A stretch of DNA of 28,394 nucleotides, from positions 1-28,394 of the forward strand of contig JBIOWP010000007.1 of NCBI GenBank assembly GCA_044868695.1, read 5' to 3'. Both the position numbers and the translations under genes were made by a program. This document shows positions 1-8,054 of the stretch, piece after piece. This DNA is from a bacterium (GTDB lineage Bacteria > Sysuimicrobiota > Sysuimicrobiia > Sysuimicrobiales > Kaftiobacteriaceae). Below the pieces are notes generated by a model, which was given only the letters and a program-made list of their open reading frames with translations, did not search any database and had not been told where the DNA came from. Every line of letters starts with the position of its first letter. Positions within the stretch are counted from its first letter, which is position 1.

Positions 1-72
1 CCAGGTACCCTGGTGCCAGGTACCCCGGTGCCAGGTACCCCGGTGCCAGGTACCCCGGTGCCAGGTACCTGG
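1..72. repeat. 15-bp tandem repeat (CCAGGTACCCCGGTG) x4 plus a partial copy, built on the near-palindrome GGTGCC-A-GGTACC; probably truncated by the window edge
   Basis: Units at 1-15 (one C>T), 16-30, 31-45 and 46-60, then the perfect palindrome CCAGGTACCTGG at 61-72. Confidence 0.9.
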
Positions 73-97
73 GCGGGACGCTAGAGTCGCGAGGAGG

Positions 98-781
98 TTA
101 GGTTTCGCATCCGATCCCGTCCCTGTCCAGGTCGAACCGATGGGGATCCGGGGGCAGCACCCGGAACCGGCGGTGAGGGATGTCGCCACAGTCAAGATCC
201 GGAGGTGGTGGCGGGATGCAGATGTCGGGATAGGACGGGTCACATCGTGTCTGGGTCGCGGACGGGGCAGCCGGTACGAATGGTGTCGGTCCCCAAAGGC
301 CCTTCCCTTGCCGGCGCGCCTCCGCCTGGAGGACTCGGAAGACATCAACATAGCGCACGTTCGGCGGGATGGTCAGCATCTGGGCGTACCCTTCCGCAAG
401 CAGCATCGCGTTGAACATCTTGGCCTGGATCTCCCCCGGCGTGCGTGAGACCGGCGGTTCAAGCCACACGTACGCCAGGAGCCGGCCGTATTGGTCCATC
501 GCAACCACATCGCGCTCCAGCCACACGGTCTTGCCGGACAGCCTGCGACGGGCGAACTGCGTGGCCTCCCGCCCGTAAAACTCCGCTTTGCCGATCGTCT
601 CGGGCGCGTCGACACCGATCGGTCTCACGCGATCGCCCCTTCCGTTGACAACGGCATCGAACGTGTCCCCGTCAATGATTCGCGTGACGAGCGCCTGCGT
701 GAGTGGCTGGCCCCCAGCCTGGGGGAGCGGGAGCAGCACGAAGACTAAGAGTGCCGCCAGAACGGGCGTGTACAGCTTCAC
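98..781 (-). CDS. Secreted thermonuclease (SNase-like) with C-terminal Excalibur-like Cys/Asp domain
   Basis: Motifs IIDGDT, VRPIGVDAPE, DQYGRLLAYVW and EARRQGKGLWG; C-terminal CDPSYPDICIPPPPPDLDC...DLDRDGIGCE. Start reassigned to GTG at 781 (MKLYTPVLAALLVFVLL, signal-peptide-like), 5 nt after the upstream stop; the 344-aa ORF extension overlaps the hydrolase gene. Confidence 0.9.
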   Translation of the reverse strand: MKLYTPVLAALLVFVLLPLPQAGGQPLTQALVTRIIDGDTFDAVVNGRGDRVRPIGVDAPETIGKAEFYGREATQFARRRLSGKTVWLERDVVAMDQYGRLLAYVWLEPPVSRTPGEIQAKMFNAMLLAEGYAQMLTIPPNVRYVDVFRVLQAEARRQGKGLWGPTPFVPAAPSATQTRCDPSYPDICIPPPPPDLDCGDIPHRRFRVLPPDPHRFDLDRDGIGCET

Positions 782-786
782 AGAGA

Positions 787-1662
787 CTATGCCGCGGACT
801 GCTGTAGGAACTCGACAATCAAGCGGGTAAATTCCGCCGGCTTTTCCAGCGTGAGCATGTGCGCGGTCCCAGGGACGACGACCTTCCGGGCGCCCCGGAT
901 CCCCTGCACAATCAGGTCCGTGGCGCGCAGCACCCCTGAGGTGTCGAAGTCGCCCGCCACGACCAGCGTCGGGACCTTGATCTCCCCCAGCCGTCCAGCC
1001 GCCGGCGGATTGAGAACCACCGGCTTCCCCTCCACGGTGTGGACCTTGTACGTGTTTAGAATCATCTCTCTCACCCGCCTGCGGATCGCCGGGGCGACCC
1101 GGCTCTCCGGCTGCCCCGGCCCATCCACCCACATCCGGACCTCGAGATCGGCCAGGGCAGGAAAGTTCTTGGACTCCTCCAGACGCTCCATCTCCGCAAA
1201 CATCTGTTTCTCAACGTCAGGTGTGCCGGCACCACCGCCGGCGCCGCCCAGCCCGGACGCCACCGGGATGAGCGCGGTCACGCGGCGGGGAAACTCGAGC
1301 GTGAAGTCGATGGCGATCGATCCGCCTCGAGAAACACCGATGACGGCAGTGCGCTCGATCCCCAGGTGGTCCAGGAGGTCCGCGATGTCCTGCCTGTTGG
1401 AGAATTGGACGTCCTCGGTGACGGACTTCCCAAACGCGCGGGTGTCGTAGCGGACGACCCGGAAGTGGCGGGCAAACACGGGCAATTGCTCGTCCCACAT
1501 CCGACAGTCGGCGACTCCGGCGTGAATCAGCAGGAGCGCGGGACCGTGACCCGCGGCCTCATAGTAGAGGCGCGCGCCGGGGACGGTGACGTAACCGGTC
1601 AGCGAGTCGACGATGCCGCGGCCCGTTCCAGAGGCCGGAGGAAGGCGCTGGCCGTTGACCAC
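787..1662 (-). CDS. Alpha/beta fold hydrolase
   Basis: LYYEAAGHGPALLLIHAG, YDTRAFGKS, nucleophile GVSRGG, VAGDFD and TAHML. The start is uncertain: in-frame GTG at 1662 or a start near 1602. Confidence 0.85.
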   Translation of the reverse strand: MVNGQRLPPASGTGRGIVDSLTGYVTVPGARLYYEAAGHGPALLLIHAGVADCRMWDEQLPVFARHFRVVRYDTRAFGKSVTEDVQFSNRQDIADLLDHLGIERTAVIGVSRGGSIAIDFTLEFPRRVTALIPVASGLGGAGGGAGTPDVEKQMFAEMERLEESKNFPALADLEVRMWVDGPGQPESRVAPAIRRRVREMILNTYKVHTVEGKPVVLNPPAAGRLGEIKVPTLVVAGDFDTSGVLRATDLIVQGIRGARKVVVPGTAHMLTLEKPAEFTRLIVEFLQQSAA

Positions 1663-2660
1663 ACATCCGGCGTCTCGCTTCCCATCCGCCAGAAGGCGGC
1701 GCCGGCGAGCCCGTAGCGCGAGGCCAGTGACAGTTTCCGTTCGATGCTGGCCGCGTTCTCGAAGTGCACCGTGCGGCCGAAGAGGGTGAAGTACGGTGTC
1801 TCCGCTTGCTCGTCCCACTGGACAGGAGCACCTCCGCGGCGCGCGCGGCCGAGAGCTTCCCGCATCGAGATACTCTCTCCCGTCCCATCCCGGGGCCAGT
1901 CATAGCCGAACAGCCCGATCCCGAGGAACACCTGCGAGGACGGCACCCGCGCAGTGGTAAAGGCCAGCGCTTGCTCAACCCACGGCAGCGGCGCAATCGG
2001 TCCCACAGGTCCCGCGGACCGGTACTCGCCATACGTGCGCACGATGACCCAGTCCGCGGCACGACCGAGGGCGGCGAGGTCATAGGCGTCGGTTGTCGTC
2101 CCGGTGGCCTCTCGCGCCTTCGCCGGAACCACCACCGTGAGCGGACGCCCGTGGTCGTGCAACTGGACCGCAAGATCGGTGACAAACCTGCTCAGGGCCT
2201 GCCGGTCCCGGGAGGCGACGTTCTGGAAGTCGAGCACGACGCCGTCGTATGCCTGTCCACGCATCACCTGAAGAATGCCGGCGATGGCGCGAAGTGACGC
2301 GGCGGGCATCGTCAAGACGGCGTGGGCCAGCTCCGCGCTGTACGCATCTGCAACGAGATTGGCCACCCGGAAGTGAACGCGGCTCCCGCGGCTGCGGACG
2401 AGGGCGATGATCCGCGGATCGTCGGCCCCCGCGAGACGCCCGGTGGCATCGGCCAGCACATAATTGGTGGTGATGACCCAGCTCAGGCGGTGGGCTTCAG
2501 TCCGGACGGCCGTCCAGGAGTTGGGATCGAAATCGACGTAGTACCCGACGCCCAGCAAGGAACGGGTCGAGTTGGACCGCGCGGCCGGCACGGCGATGAG
2601 CATGGCGACGACCGCCAGCAGGCTCGCCGCGACGCGAATTCGTGAGATCGATGCCACCAC
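1599..2660 (-). CDS. Secreted glycoside hydrolase family 18-like protein (YaaH/YdhD-like, no LysM) with degenerate catalytic motif
   Basis: Signal peptide; YDGVVLDFQN (GH18 DxxDxDxE region), GPIAPLPWVE, LGIGLFGYDW, FENAASIERKL and GAAFWRMG; AAGGAG RBS before the GTG start. Confidence 0.85.
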   Translation of the reverse strand: MVASISRIRVAASLLAVVAMLIAVPAARSNSTRSLLGVGYYVDFDPNSWTAVRTEAHRLSWVITTNYVLADATGRLAGADDPRIIALVRSRGSRVHFRVANLVADAYSAELAHAVLTMPAASLRAIAGILQVMRGQAYDGVVLDFQNVASRDRQALSRFVTDLAVQLHDHGRPLTVVVPAKAREATGTTTDAYDLAALGRAADWVIVRTYGEYRSAGPVGPIAPLPWVEQALAFTTARVPSSQVFLGIGLFGYDWPRDGTGESISMREALGRARRGGAPVQWDEQAETPYFTLFGRTVHFENAASIERKLSLASRYGLAGAAFWRMGSETPDVWSTASAFLRPLERAAASSTR

Positions 2661-2693
2661 AGAACTCCTTGGACAGGATTGCGTGGGCTCTAG

Positions 2694-2721
2694 TATTCTT
2701 GTACCCTAGGACGCCTCCTGC
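2694..2721 (-). promoter_or_regulatory. Putative sigma-H-like promoter GCAGGA-N17-GAATA upstream of the GH18-like gene
   Basis: The minus strand reads GCAGGA ggcgtcctagggtacaa GAATA; the same motif and spacing recur five more times in the window. Confidence 0.6.
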
Positions 2722-2748
2722 TCAGACATCGGGGAAAGGGAGTCCTCC

Positions 2749-3699
2749 ATGAAGATTGCCGTGATCGGTGCCGGGGGTATCGGCGGGTACTACGGCGCCC
2801 TCCTCCAGCAGCGTGGGCACGAGGTCGTGTTCCTGGCACGCGGCGCACATCTCGCGGCGCTTCGCGACCACGGGCTGCGCCTGGAATCCGTCCTCCTCTC
2901 CGAACCGGTGACGCTGCGCGTGCACGCGACCGACCGGCCGCAGGACGCCGGGCCAGTGGACCTCGCACTCTTCTCCGTGAAATCCTACGATACGCTTGCC
3001 GCGGCAGCGCTGCTGCCCCCACTTCTAAGTGATCGTACCGTCGTGCTCACGCTCCAAAACGGGGTGGACAACGTCGACCACCTGAGTGAGCGCGTGGGAC
3101 GCGAGCACGTCATGGGCGGCGCATGCTACATCTTCACGTCGATCACCTCTCCGGGGGTCGTCCGGCACACCGGGGGCAGCCGGCGCGTGGTCTTCGGAGA
3201 ACTCGACGGAGGGGCGACCCCCCGCGCGCGGGCCATCGAACAGGCGTTGTCGGAGACCGGGGTGCCTGTGGAGCTGTCCCCGCGCGTGCTGGTCGCAATG
3301 TGGGAGAAGTACCTCTTCATCACCGCGCAGGGCGGGATGACGGCACTTACGCGCCTGCCGGTGGGAGCGATCCGGCAGACGCCGCAAACGATGGAGATGT
3401 ACCTCGACGTGGCCTCTGAAGCCGCCGGGGTCGGGCGCGCGCACGGCGTCCCCATCCCCGAAGGCGAACGCGAGCGGGTGAAACAGGCGGCAGAATCCCT
3501 GGACCCGACCAGCTACTCGTCGCTGTATAACGACCTGGTGCGGGGACGGCGGATGGAGCTGGATGCGCTCCCGGGCACGACGGTCCGGCTGGGCCTGCGG
3601 TACGGCATCGCCACGCCGGTGTGCCGGGCCATCTACGCTGCGCTGCTGTCCTATGACCTGGCCGCCCGGCGCGGCGAAGCCCAAGGCCCGGTCGGTTGA
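2749..3699 (+). CDS. panE: 2-dehydropantoate 2-reductase (ketopantoate reductase family)
   Basis: MKIAVIGAGGIGGYYG Rossmann motif, VKSYD, LQNGV, WEKY, SSLYNDL...GRRMELD; GGGAG RBS. Confidence 0.9.
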   Translation: MKIAVIGAGGIGGYYGALLQQRGHEVVFLARGAHLAALRDHGLRLESVLLSEPVTLRVHATDRPQDAGPVDLALFSVKSYDTLAAAALLPPLLSDRTVVLTLQNGVDNVDHLSERVGREHVMGGACYIFTSITSPGVVRHTGGSRRVVFGELDGGATPRARAIEQALSETGVPVELSPRVLVAMWEKYLFITAQGGMTALTRLPVGAIRQTPQTMEMYLDVASEAAGVGRAHGVPIPEGERERVKQAAESLDPTSYSSLYNDLVRGRRMELDALPGTTVRLGLRYGIATPVCRAIYAALLSYDLAARRGEAQGPVG

Positions 3700-3730
3700 G
3701 GTCCGGGGGCCCACACCCGGTGCCCGCCAG

Positions 3731-4732
3731 TTAGGTCACAAAGGTCGGCCGGTCGCGCAAGCGCGGTGGGGTCGGCTCGACCAGGGAGCCGTCGAGGATC
3801 GATTCGACCAACGAGGCTTCGTCAAACCAGGATTGGGGCGGCACGTGACCCCAGAACGTCGCCCGGCGAGGGTCATTGATGCTCCAGCGGATCGGCTGCC
3901 AGTCCGGATCGGCGACCAGATAGTCGCCGGTGTAGAGTTCAATCCGGTTTCGGTCATCATCACGCACGTAGACAAACAGCGCGTTGGACAGGCCGTGCCG
4001 TCCGGGCCCGCGCTCGATGGCCTCCTGGCGCCCGGCGGCCGCCAGGATGTCGCAGGCCCGCAGCACGGCCAGCGCGTCGGACACCCAAAACCCGGCGTGG
4101 TGGAGCCGGGGACCGAACCCGTTCATTAACGCGATGTCGTGGACGTTCTGCTTGCGATGCAGCCACGCGGCCCACAGCTGCGGCGGGCGGTCGTCCGTCT
4201 CCGTGTACTCCGAGCACCAGAATCCCCACTCCCGTGTGTACCACTCGTAGGAGGCCTGTGCATCGGGAACCTGGACGTTCACGTGATCGATGCGCATGAT
4301 GTGGGGACCCCGGTAGAGGTCGAACCGCTGCAGGTGGCGTTCCACCCAGGCGATTTCATGGTAGAACTCGACCGGCAGTCCCGCCGGATCCTGCGCTCGC
4401 AGGGCCCTCCCCTGCCCTTCCTCTTCACCGGCCTCGATCCAGCGAGTCGGGAGGCCCCGCCCCGCGCACCGGTGATGGAGGCGCTCCAGGTCGTCGGGCG
4501 CCGCGACGCGGAAGGCAAAATGAGACACGCCTGGCGCGGAGGCCCGGCGCAGCACCAGGCTGTGATGATCACGCTCCTCCAGTCCGCGCAGGTACAGTCG
4601 CGTGCGGTCGCGACCCGTTTCCACAAACCCGAGGAGATCGACATAGAATGCCCGCGCCCGCCCCAGGTCGGTCACGCGGTACTCGACGTGTCCCAGCCGC
4701 AGGATGTCGGCGCCGGCCTCGCCGGCCTTCAC
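3731..4732 (-). CDS. hpaD: 3,4-dihydroxyphenylacetate (homoprotocatechuate) 2,3-dioxygenase, VOC-type extradiol dioxygenase
   Basis: ILRLGHVEYRVTDL, RIDHVN, HRKQNVHDIAL, PRLHHAGF, IERGPGRHGLSNA and RIELYTGDY; GTGA overlap with the hpaB stop. Confidence 0.93.
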   Translation of the reverse strand: MKAGEAGADILRLGHVEYRVTDLGRARAFYVDLLGFVETGRDRTRLYLRGLEERDHHSLVLRRASAPGVSHFAFRVAAPDDLERLHHRCAGRGLPTRWIEAGEEEGQGRALRAQDPAGLPVEFYHEIAWVERHLQRFDLYRGPHIMRIDHVNVQVPDAQASYEWYTREWGFWCSEYTETDDRPPQLWAAWLHRKQNVHDIALMNGFGPRLHHAGFWVSDALAVLRACDILAAAGRQEAIERGPGRHGLSNALFVYVRDDDRNRIELYTGDYLVADPDWQPIRWSINDPRRATFWGHVPPQSWFDEASLVESILDGSLVEPTPPRLRDRPTFVT

Positions 4733-6237
4733 GGACGCTCCTCCTCCGGCAGCACGCCAGCGCCGCCCGAGGCCGCGACGGTTGCCCGCCCCGCGTCGCG
4801 CGCCAGAAACTGGCGCACGCGGTCCATGTACGGCCGACGGTCATAGGAGGCGAACGTGGCCATCTCCATGCGCACGGGATCGCCGAAGAAGAACCGCTCG
4901 TAGATGACCTGCCGGGAGCCGAAGCTGCTCAGCGCGGTATCCCAGGCCAGCCGGAACAGTCTGATCCGGTCGACCGCATCCGAGCGCGCTGCCTGGAAGT
5001 ATTTCTCGATGACCGGCCGCAGCGGACTCTCCAGGTCCGCCTGGGTCGGGCGGGCCATCATGCCGCTCGCTCCCAGCAACTGCAGGATCTCGACCATCCG
5101 CGGGTACATCCACGTGAACATGTTGCGGGCGGCGTCCAGAGGGGGCCAGGAGGGCGTCATCACGCCCCACGGGTTCGCCGCAGCGTCCGCCTCGCTGGCG
5201 CGGGCAAACGCCCGCATGGCCTCCAGATAGTAGATGATCTCCGCAATCTTGCTCTGCACGTGCTGGAACTGCTCGACGGCGATGGCCTCTACCATCAGGG
5301 AGGCGATCCCCAGCATGAACTCCGTTTTCGCGATGTTCTTCGTCACGACCTGATGTGCCATATGCGCCACAGCGCCGGTCGCCGCAAATGCCTTGTTGCA
5401 TCGCTCGACGTCCCGCAGCAGGAAGATCCGTTCCCAGGGCACCAGCACATCGTCGAAGATGACTACCGCGTCCATCTCCTCGAAGCGGCTGGACAGCGGG
5501 TGGTCGTGCGGCGGCCCGCCCGGATCGAAGGTCTCCCGGCAGACGAACTTCAACCCTGGAGCGCCGCAGGGGAGCGCAAATGCAAACGCGTAGGGTCGGT
5601 CCTCGTCCTGTCCTTTCAGCAACGTCGAGGGAAACACCATGATCTCGTCGGCCACCGGCAGTGTGGCGAGCATTCTGGCGCCCCGGATCACCACGCCCGC
5701 ATCCGTTTCGCGCACGACGGCGGCGGCGAGGTGGGGGTCGGCCTGTCCAGCCGGGCCGGTGGATCGATTGGCCTGCGGGTTGATGAGCGTGTGCGTGAGA
5801 CAGAGGTCGCGTTCGCGGACAGCTTCGTAGTACCGGCCGACGTTGTCGGCGAACCGCGGGTCGTTTTCCCCGCAGTATGGCGCCGCAGCCGCGAACGCCG
5901 TGACCGCGCGGTTCAGGTAGTCCGGCGACCGTCCCAGCATCCCGCCGGAGTAGTCTGCCCACACCTTCATCATCCGGCGGACCCTGGCCAGGTCCTCTCG
6001 CGTTCGGGGGACGAGAAACGACATTCCGACGGGCTGGCCGCTGCTGGGGGAGACAAACATCATGTCGTCCCGCAGCGTGGGGTCGTGCTGCAGGTCGTAA
6101 AGCGCGGCCATACTGCGGATGACGTTCTTGAGGGCGGGATGCGTCGTCACATCGGCGACGCGTTCCCCGCCGACCCAGATCTCCCGCGGCTGCTCGCGCA
6201 GCCCCTGGATGAACTCCTGGCCTGTGCGGGCGGGCAT
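4729..6237 (-). CDS. hpaB: 4-hydroxyphenylacetate 3-monooxygenase, oxygenase component
   Basis: MPARTGQEFI, GMLGRSPDYLN, THTLINPQANR, GARMLATL, HPLSSRFEEMDA, DDVLVPWERIF and YERFFFGDPVR. Confidence 0.95.
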   Translation of the reverse strand: MPARTGQEFIQGLREQPREIWVGGERVADVTTHPALKNVIRSMAALYDLQHDPTLRDDMMFVSPSSGQPVGMSFLVPRTREDLARVRRMMKVWADYSGGMLGRSPDYLNRAVTAFAAAAPYCGENDPRFADNVGRYYEAVRERDLCLTHTLINPQANRSTGPAGQADPHLAAAVVRETDAGVVIRGARMLATLPVADEIMVFPSTLLKGQDEDRPYAFAFALPCGAPGLKFVCRETFDPGGPPHDHPLSSRFEEMDAVVIFDDVLVPWERIFLLRDVERCNKAFAATGAVAHMAHQVVTKNIAKTEFMLGIASLMVEAIAVEQFQHVQSKIAEIIYYLEAMRAFARASEADAAANPWGVMTPSWPPLDAARNMFTWMYPRMVEILQLLGASGMMARPTQADLESPLRPVIEKYFQAARSDAVDRIRLFRLAWDTALSSFGSRQVIYERFFFGDPVRMEMATFASYDRRPYMDRVRQFLARDAGRATVAASGGAGVLPEEERP

Positions 6238-6251
6238 GGTGGAAATCCCCC

Positions 6252-7004
6252 TTATGACGGTGCCGGCGTCTCGCTGATGACCGGATTCTCCAGCGCGCCG
6301 AGACCGTCGATTTCCACGCGCATGACGTCCCCCGGGCGCACCGGAGAGATGCCCCGAGGCGTGCCCGTGAGAATCACATCCCCGGATTCCAGCGTCATGA
6401 ACTCGGTCAGAAACGCCACGAGCTCAGGGATCGAGTAGGCCAGCATGGCGGTGTTCCCCCGCTGGCGCAGTTCACCGTTCACGAACGCGCGCAGCTCCAG
6501 CCGGTGCGGATCGTCGATTTCACCTTCCGCCAGGTACGGGCCCAGCGGTCCGAAGGTGTCCCACCCTTTCGCCTTCACCGGCGGGCGGTAGAAGTTGGTG
6601 ATGAAATCTCGCAGGGTGACGTCGTTGGCGATCGTGTAGCCGCGGATCACGTCATACGCCTCTTCTGGCCTCACCCGCCGGCAGCGCCGGCCGATGACCA
6701 CTGCCAGCTCCACTTCGTAATGCATGTTGGTGGCACCCGGTGGGCACACGACCGGCGCGCGATGGCCGATCAACGCGCTTGGCGGTTTGAAGAAAACCGC
6801 CAGCTGCTCGGGCTGCGCCACGCCCAGCTCTTCGGCGTGGTCGGCATAGGTCAGTGCGAACCCGATGACTTTCGTCGGGATCACCGGCGGCAGCCACGTC
6901 ACATCCGCCGGATCGTACACCTGACCTGACGGGTCGATGAGGCGCCCGTGTTCATACCGGCCATCGAGCACGCGGTCGCCGATCGCAAACCGCGCCCACC
7001 GCAT
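6252..7004 (-). CDS. hpaG: Fumarylacetoacetate hydrolase family protein; HpaG C-terminal-type isomerase/decarboxylase subunit
   Basis: WLPP...YADHAEEL, FFKPP, HYEVELAVVIG, GYTIANDVT, NFYRPPVKAKGWDTFGPLGP and GDVILTGTP; lies within the hpa operon. Confidence 0.85.
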   Translation of the reverse strand: MRWARFAIGDRVLDGRYEHGRLIDPSGQVYDPADVTWLPPVIPTKVIGFALTYADHAEELGVAQPEQLAVFFKPPSALIGHRAPVVCPPGATNMHYEVELAVVIGRRCRRVRPEEAYDVIRGYTIANDVTLRDFITNFYRPPVKAKGWDTFGPLGPYLAEGEIDDPHRLELRAFVNGELRQRGNTAMLAYSIPELVAFLTEFMTLESGDVILTGTPRGISPVRPGDVMRVEIDGLGALENPVISETPAPS

Positions 7005-7005
7005 C

Positions 7006-7896
7006 TCAGGTGCGCGCGGGCTGGGGACGGAGCCCGTAGGAGGCCATGACTTGTGTGAGCTGCTGGGTGTGGTCTACAGACATCGGCGCCAGCGGCAGCC
7101 GCACCTCGGGATCGATCTTGCCCATCAATCCCAACGCGGTCTTCACCGGCACAGGATTGGTCTCGAGGAACGCGGCGTCGTTCATCGGCAGGAGCTGATA
7201 GTGCAGGTCACGCGCGGCGTCCCACTGTCCGGCGGCGGCAAGATCATACAGGCGCGCCACCTCACGCGGCAGCACGTTGGCGGTGGCGCTGACGTGCCCC
7301 GCGCCGCCGATCGCCAGCATCGGGAAGCACAGCACCTCGATGCCCGAGTACACAAGGAAGTTGCGGCCGCACAGGTGCAGCACGCGGTTGACGTGCTCGA
7401 AGTCTTTGTTCGCCTCTTTGACCCCGATGATGTTGCGACAGTCACGGGCGAGCCGCGCGATCGTCTGCGCCTCCAGATTCACGGCCGTACGGCCGGGGAT
7501 ATTGTAAATCATGACGGGGAGATCGATGTCGTCGGCGATGCTGCGGAAGTGACGATACAGCCCTTCCTGGGTGGGGCGGGTGTAGTACGGCACGACGACG
7601 AGCGCTGCATCGGCGCCCACACGCTTGGCCGCGCGGGTTAGTCGCAGGGTCTCCGCATGATTGTCAGTGCCGGTACCGGCAATGACCGGGACTCGCCGCC
7701 GCACCGTCCGCACCGCCAGATCGAACAGATGCTCCCGTTCCTCCAGCGTCAGCGCGGCGGGCTCTCCGGTAGTCCCGGCGATCACCAGACCGTGGCTGCC
7801 GCTGTCGATCTGCCATTCGATCAGGTCCACGACGCGGGAGTCGTCAATCTGGCCCCGGTGGAACGGTGTGATCAAGGGTACCAGCGATCCTCTCAA
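7006..7896 (-). CDS. hpaI: DapA-like class I aldolase, probably 2,4-dihydroxyhept-2-ene-1,7-dioate aldolase
   Basis: RGSLVPLITPF, GTTGE, VPYY, IYNIPGRT and Schiff-base GVKEAN; first gene of the hpa operon; TTG start with GAGGT RBS. Confidence 0.85.
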   Translation of the reverse strand: MRGSLVPLITPFHRGQIDDSRVVDLIEWQIDSGSHGLVIAGTTGEPAALTLEEREHLFDLAVRTVRRRVPVIAGTGTDNHAETLRLTRAAKRVGADAALVVVPYYTRPTQEGLYRHFRSIADDIDLPVMIYNIPGRTAVNLEAQTIARLARDCRNIIGVKEANKDFEHVNRVLHLCGRNFLVYSGIEVLCFPMLAIGGAGHVSATANVLPREVARLYDLAAAGQWDAARDLHYQLLPMNDAAFLETNPVPVKTALGLMGKIDPEVRLPLAPMSVDHTQQLTQVMASYGLRPQPART

Positions 7897-7943
7897 GCGG
7901 GGACCTCATCGTACGCGTCTGGTGTTAATTCTACTGCGACTGC

Positions 7944-7970
7944 CTTCGCCCGGCGAGGCATGCCTCCTGC
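7944..7970 (-). promoter_or_regulatory. Putative sigma-H-like promoter GCAGGA-N17-GAAG for the hpa operon
   Basis: The minus strand reads GCAGGA ggcatgcctcgccgggc GAAG; a sigma70-like -10 TAGAAT also lies at 7928-7933 (minus). Confidence 0.55.
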
Positions 7971-7977
7971 CCACGGA

Positions 7978-8005
7978 GCGGGAGACCTGAGAACAGGAGA
8001 GAAAT
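7978..8005 (+). promoter_or_regulatory. Putative sigma-H-like promoter GCGGGA-N17-GAAAT for the ABC transporter operon
   Basis: GCGGGA gacctgagaacaggaga GAAAT, about 50 nt upstream of the ATG at 8055. Confidence 0.5.
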
Positions 8006-8054
8006 ACGGGAACAGACTCCACACGGAGCGTGCGCGGGACGCAGGAGGCCCACG

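Noticed and set aside
1..72. CRISPR array
   Set aside because: Contiguous 15-bp units with no unique spacers, and no cas genes in the window.
782..1132. N-terminal extension of the thermonuclease ORF
   Set aside because: Low-complexity alternate-frame read of the hydrolase gene; the signal peptide starts at GTG 781.
3700..3730. Terminator between convergent panE and hpaD (CCGGG...CCCGG)
   Set aside because: Only a 5-bp stem without a U-tract in GC-rich DNA; too weak to call.
4648..6438. 596-aa plus-strand ORF
   Set aside because: Antisense shadow of hpaB/hpaG; no recognisable motifs; expected from high-GC codon bias.
7006..7896. Lysine-biosynthetic dapA
   Set aside because: The fold is DapA-like, but the operon context with hpaG/B/D favours the HpaI-type aldolase.
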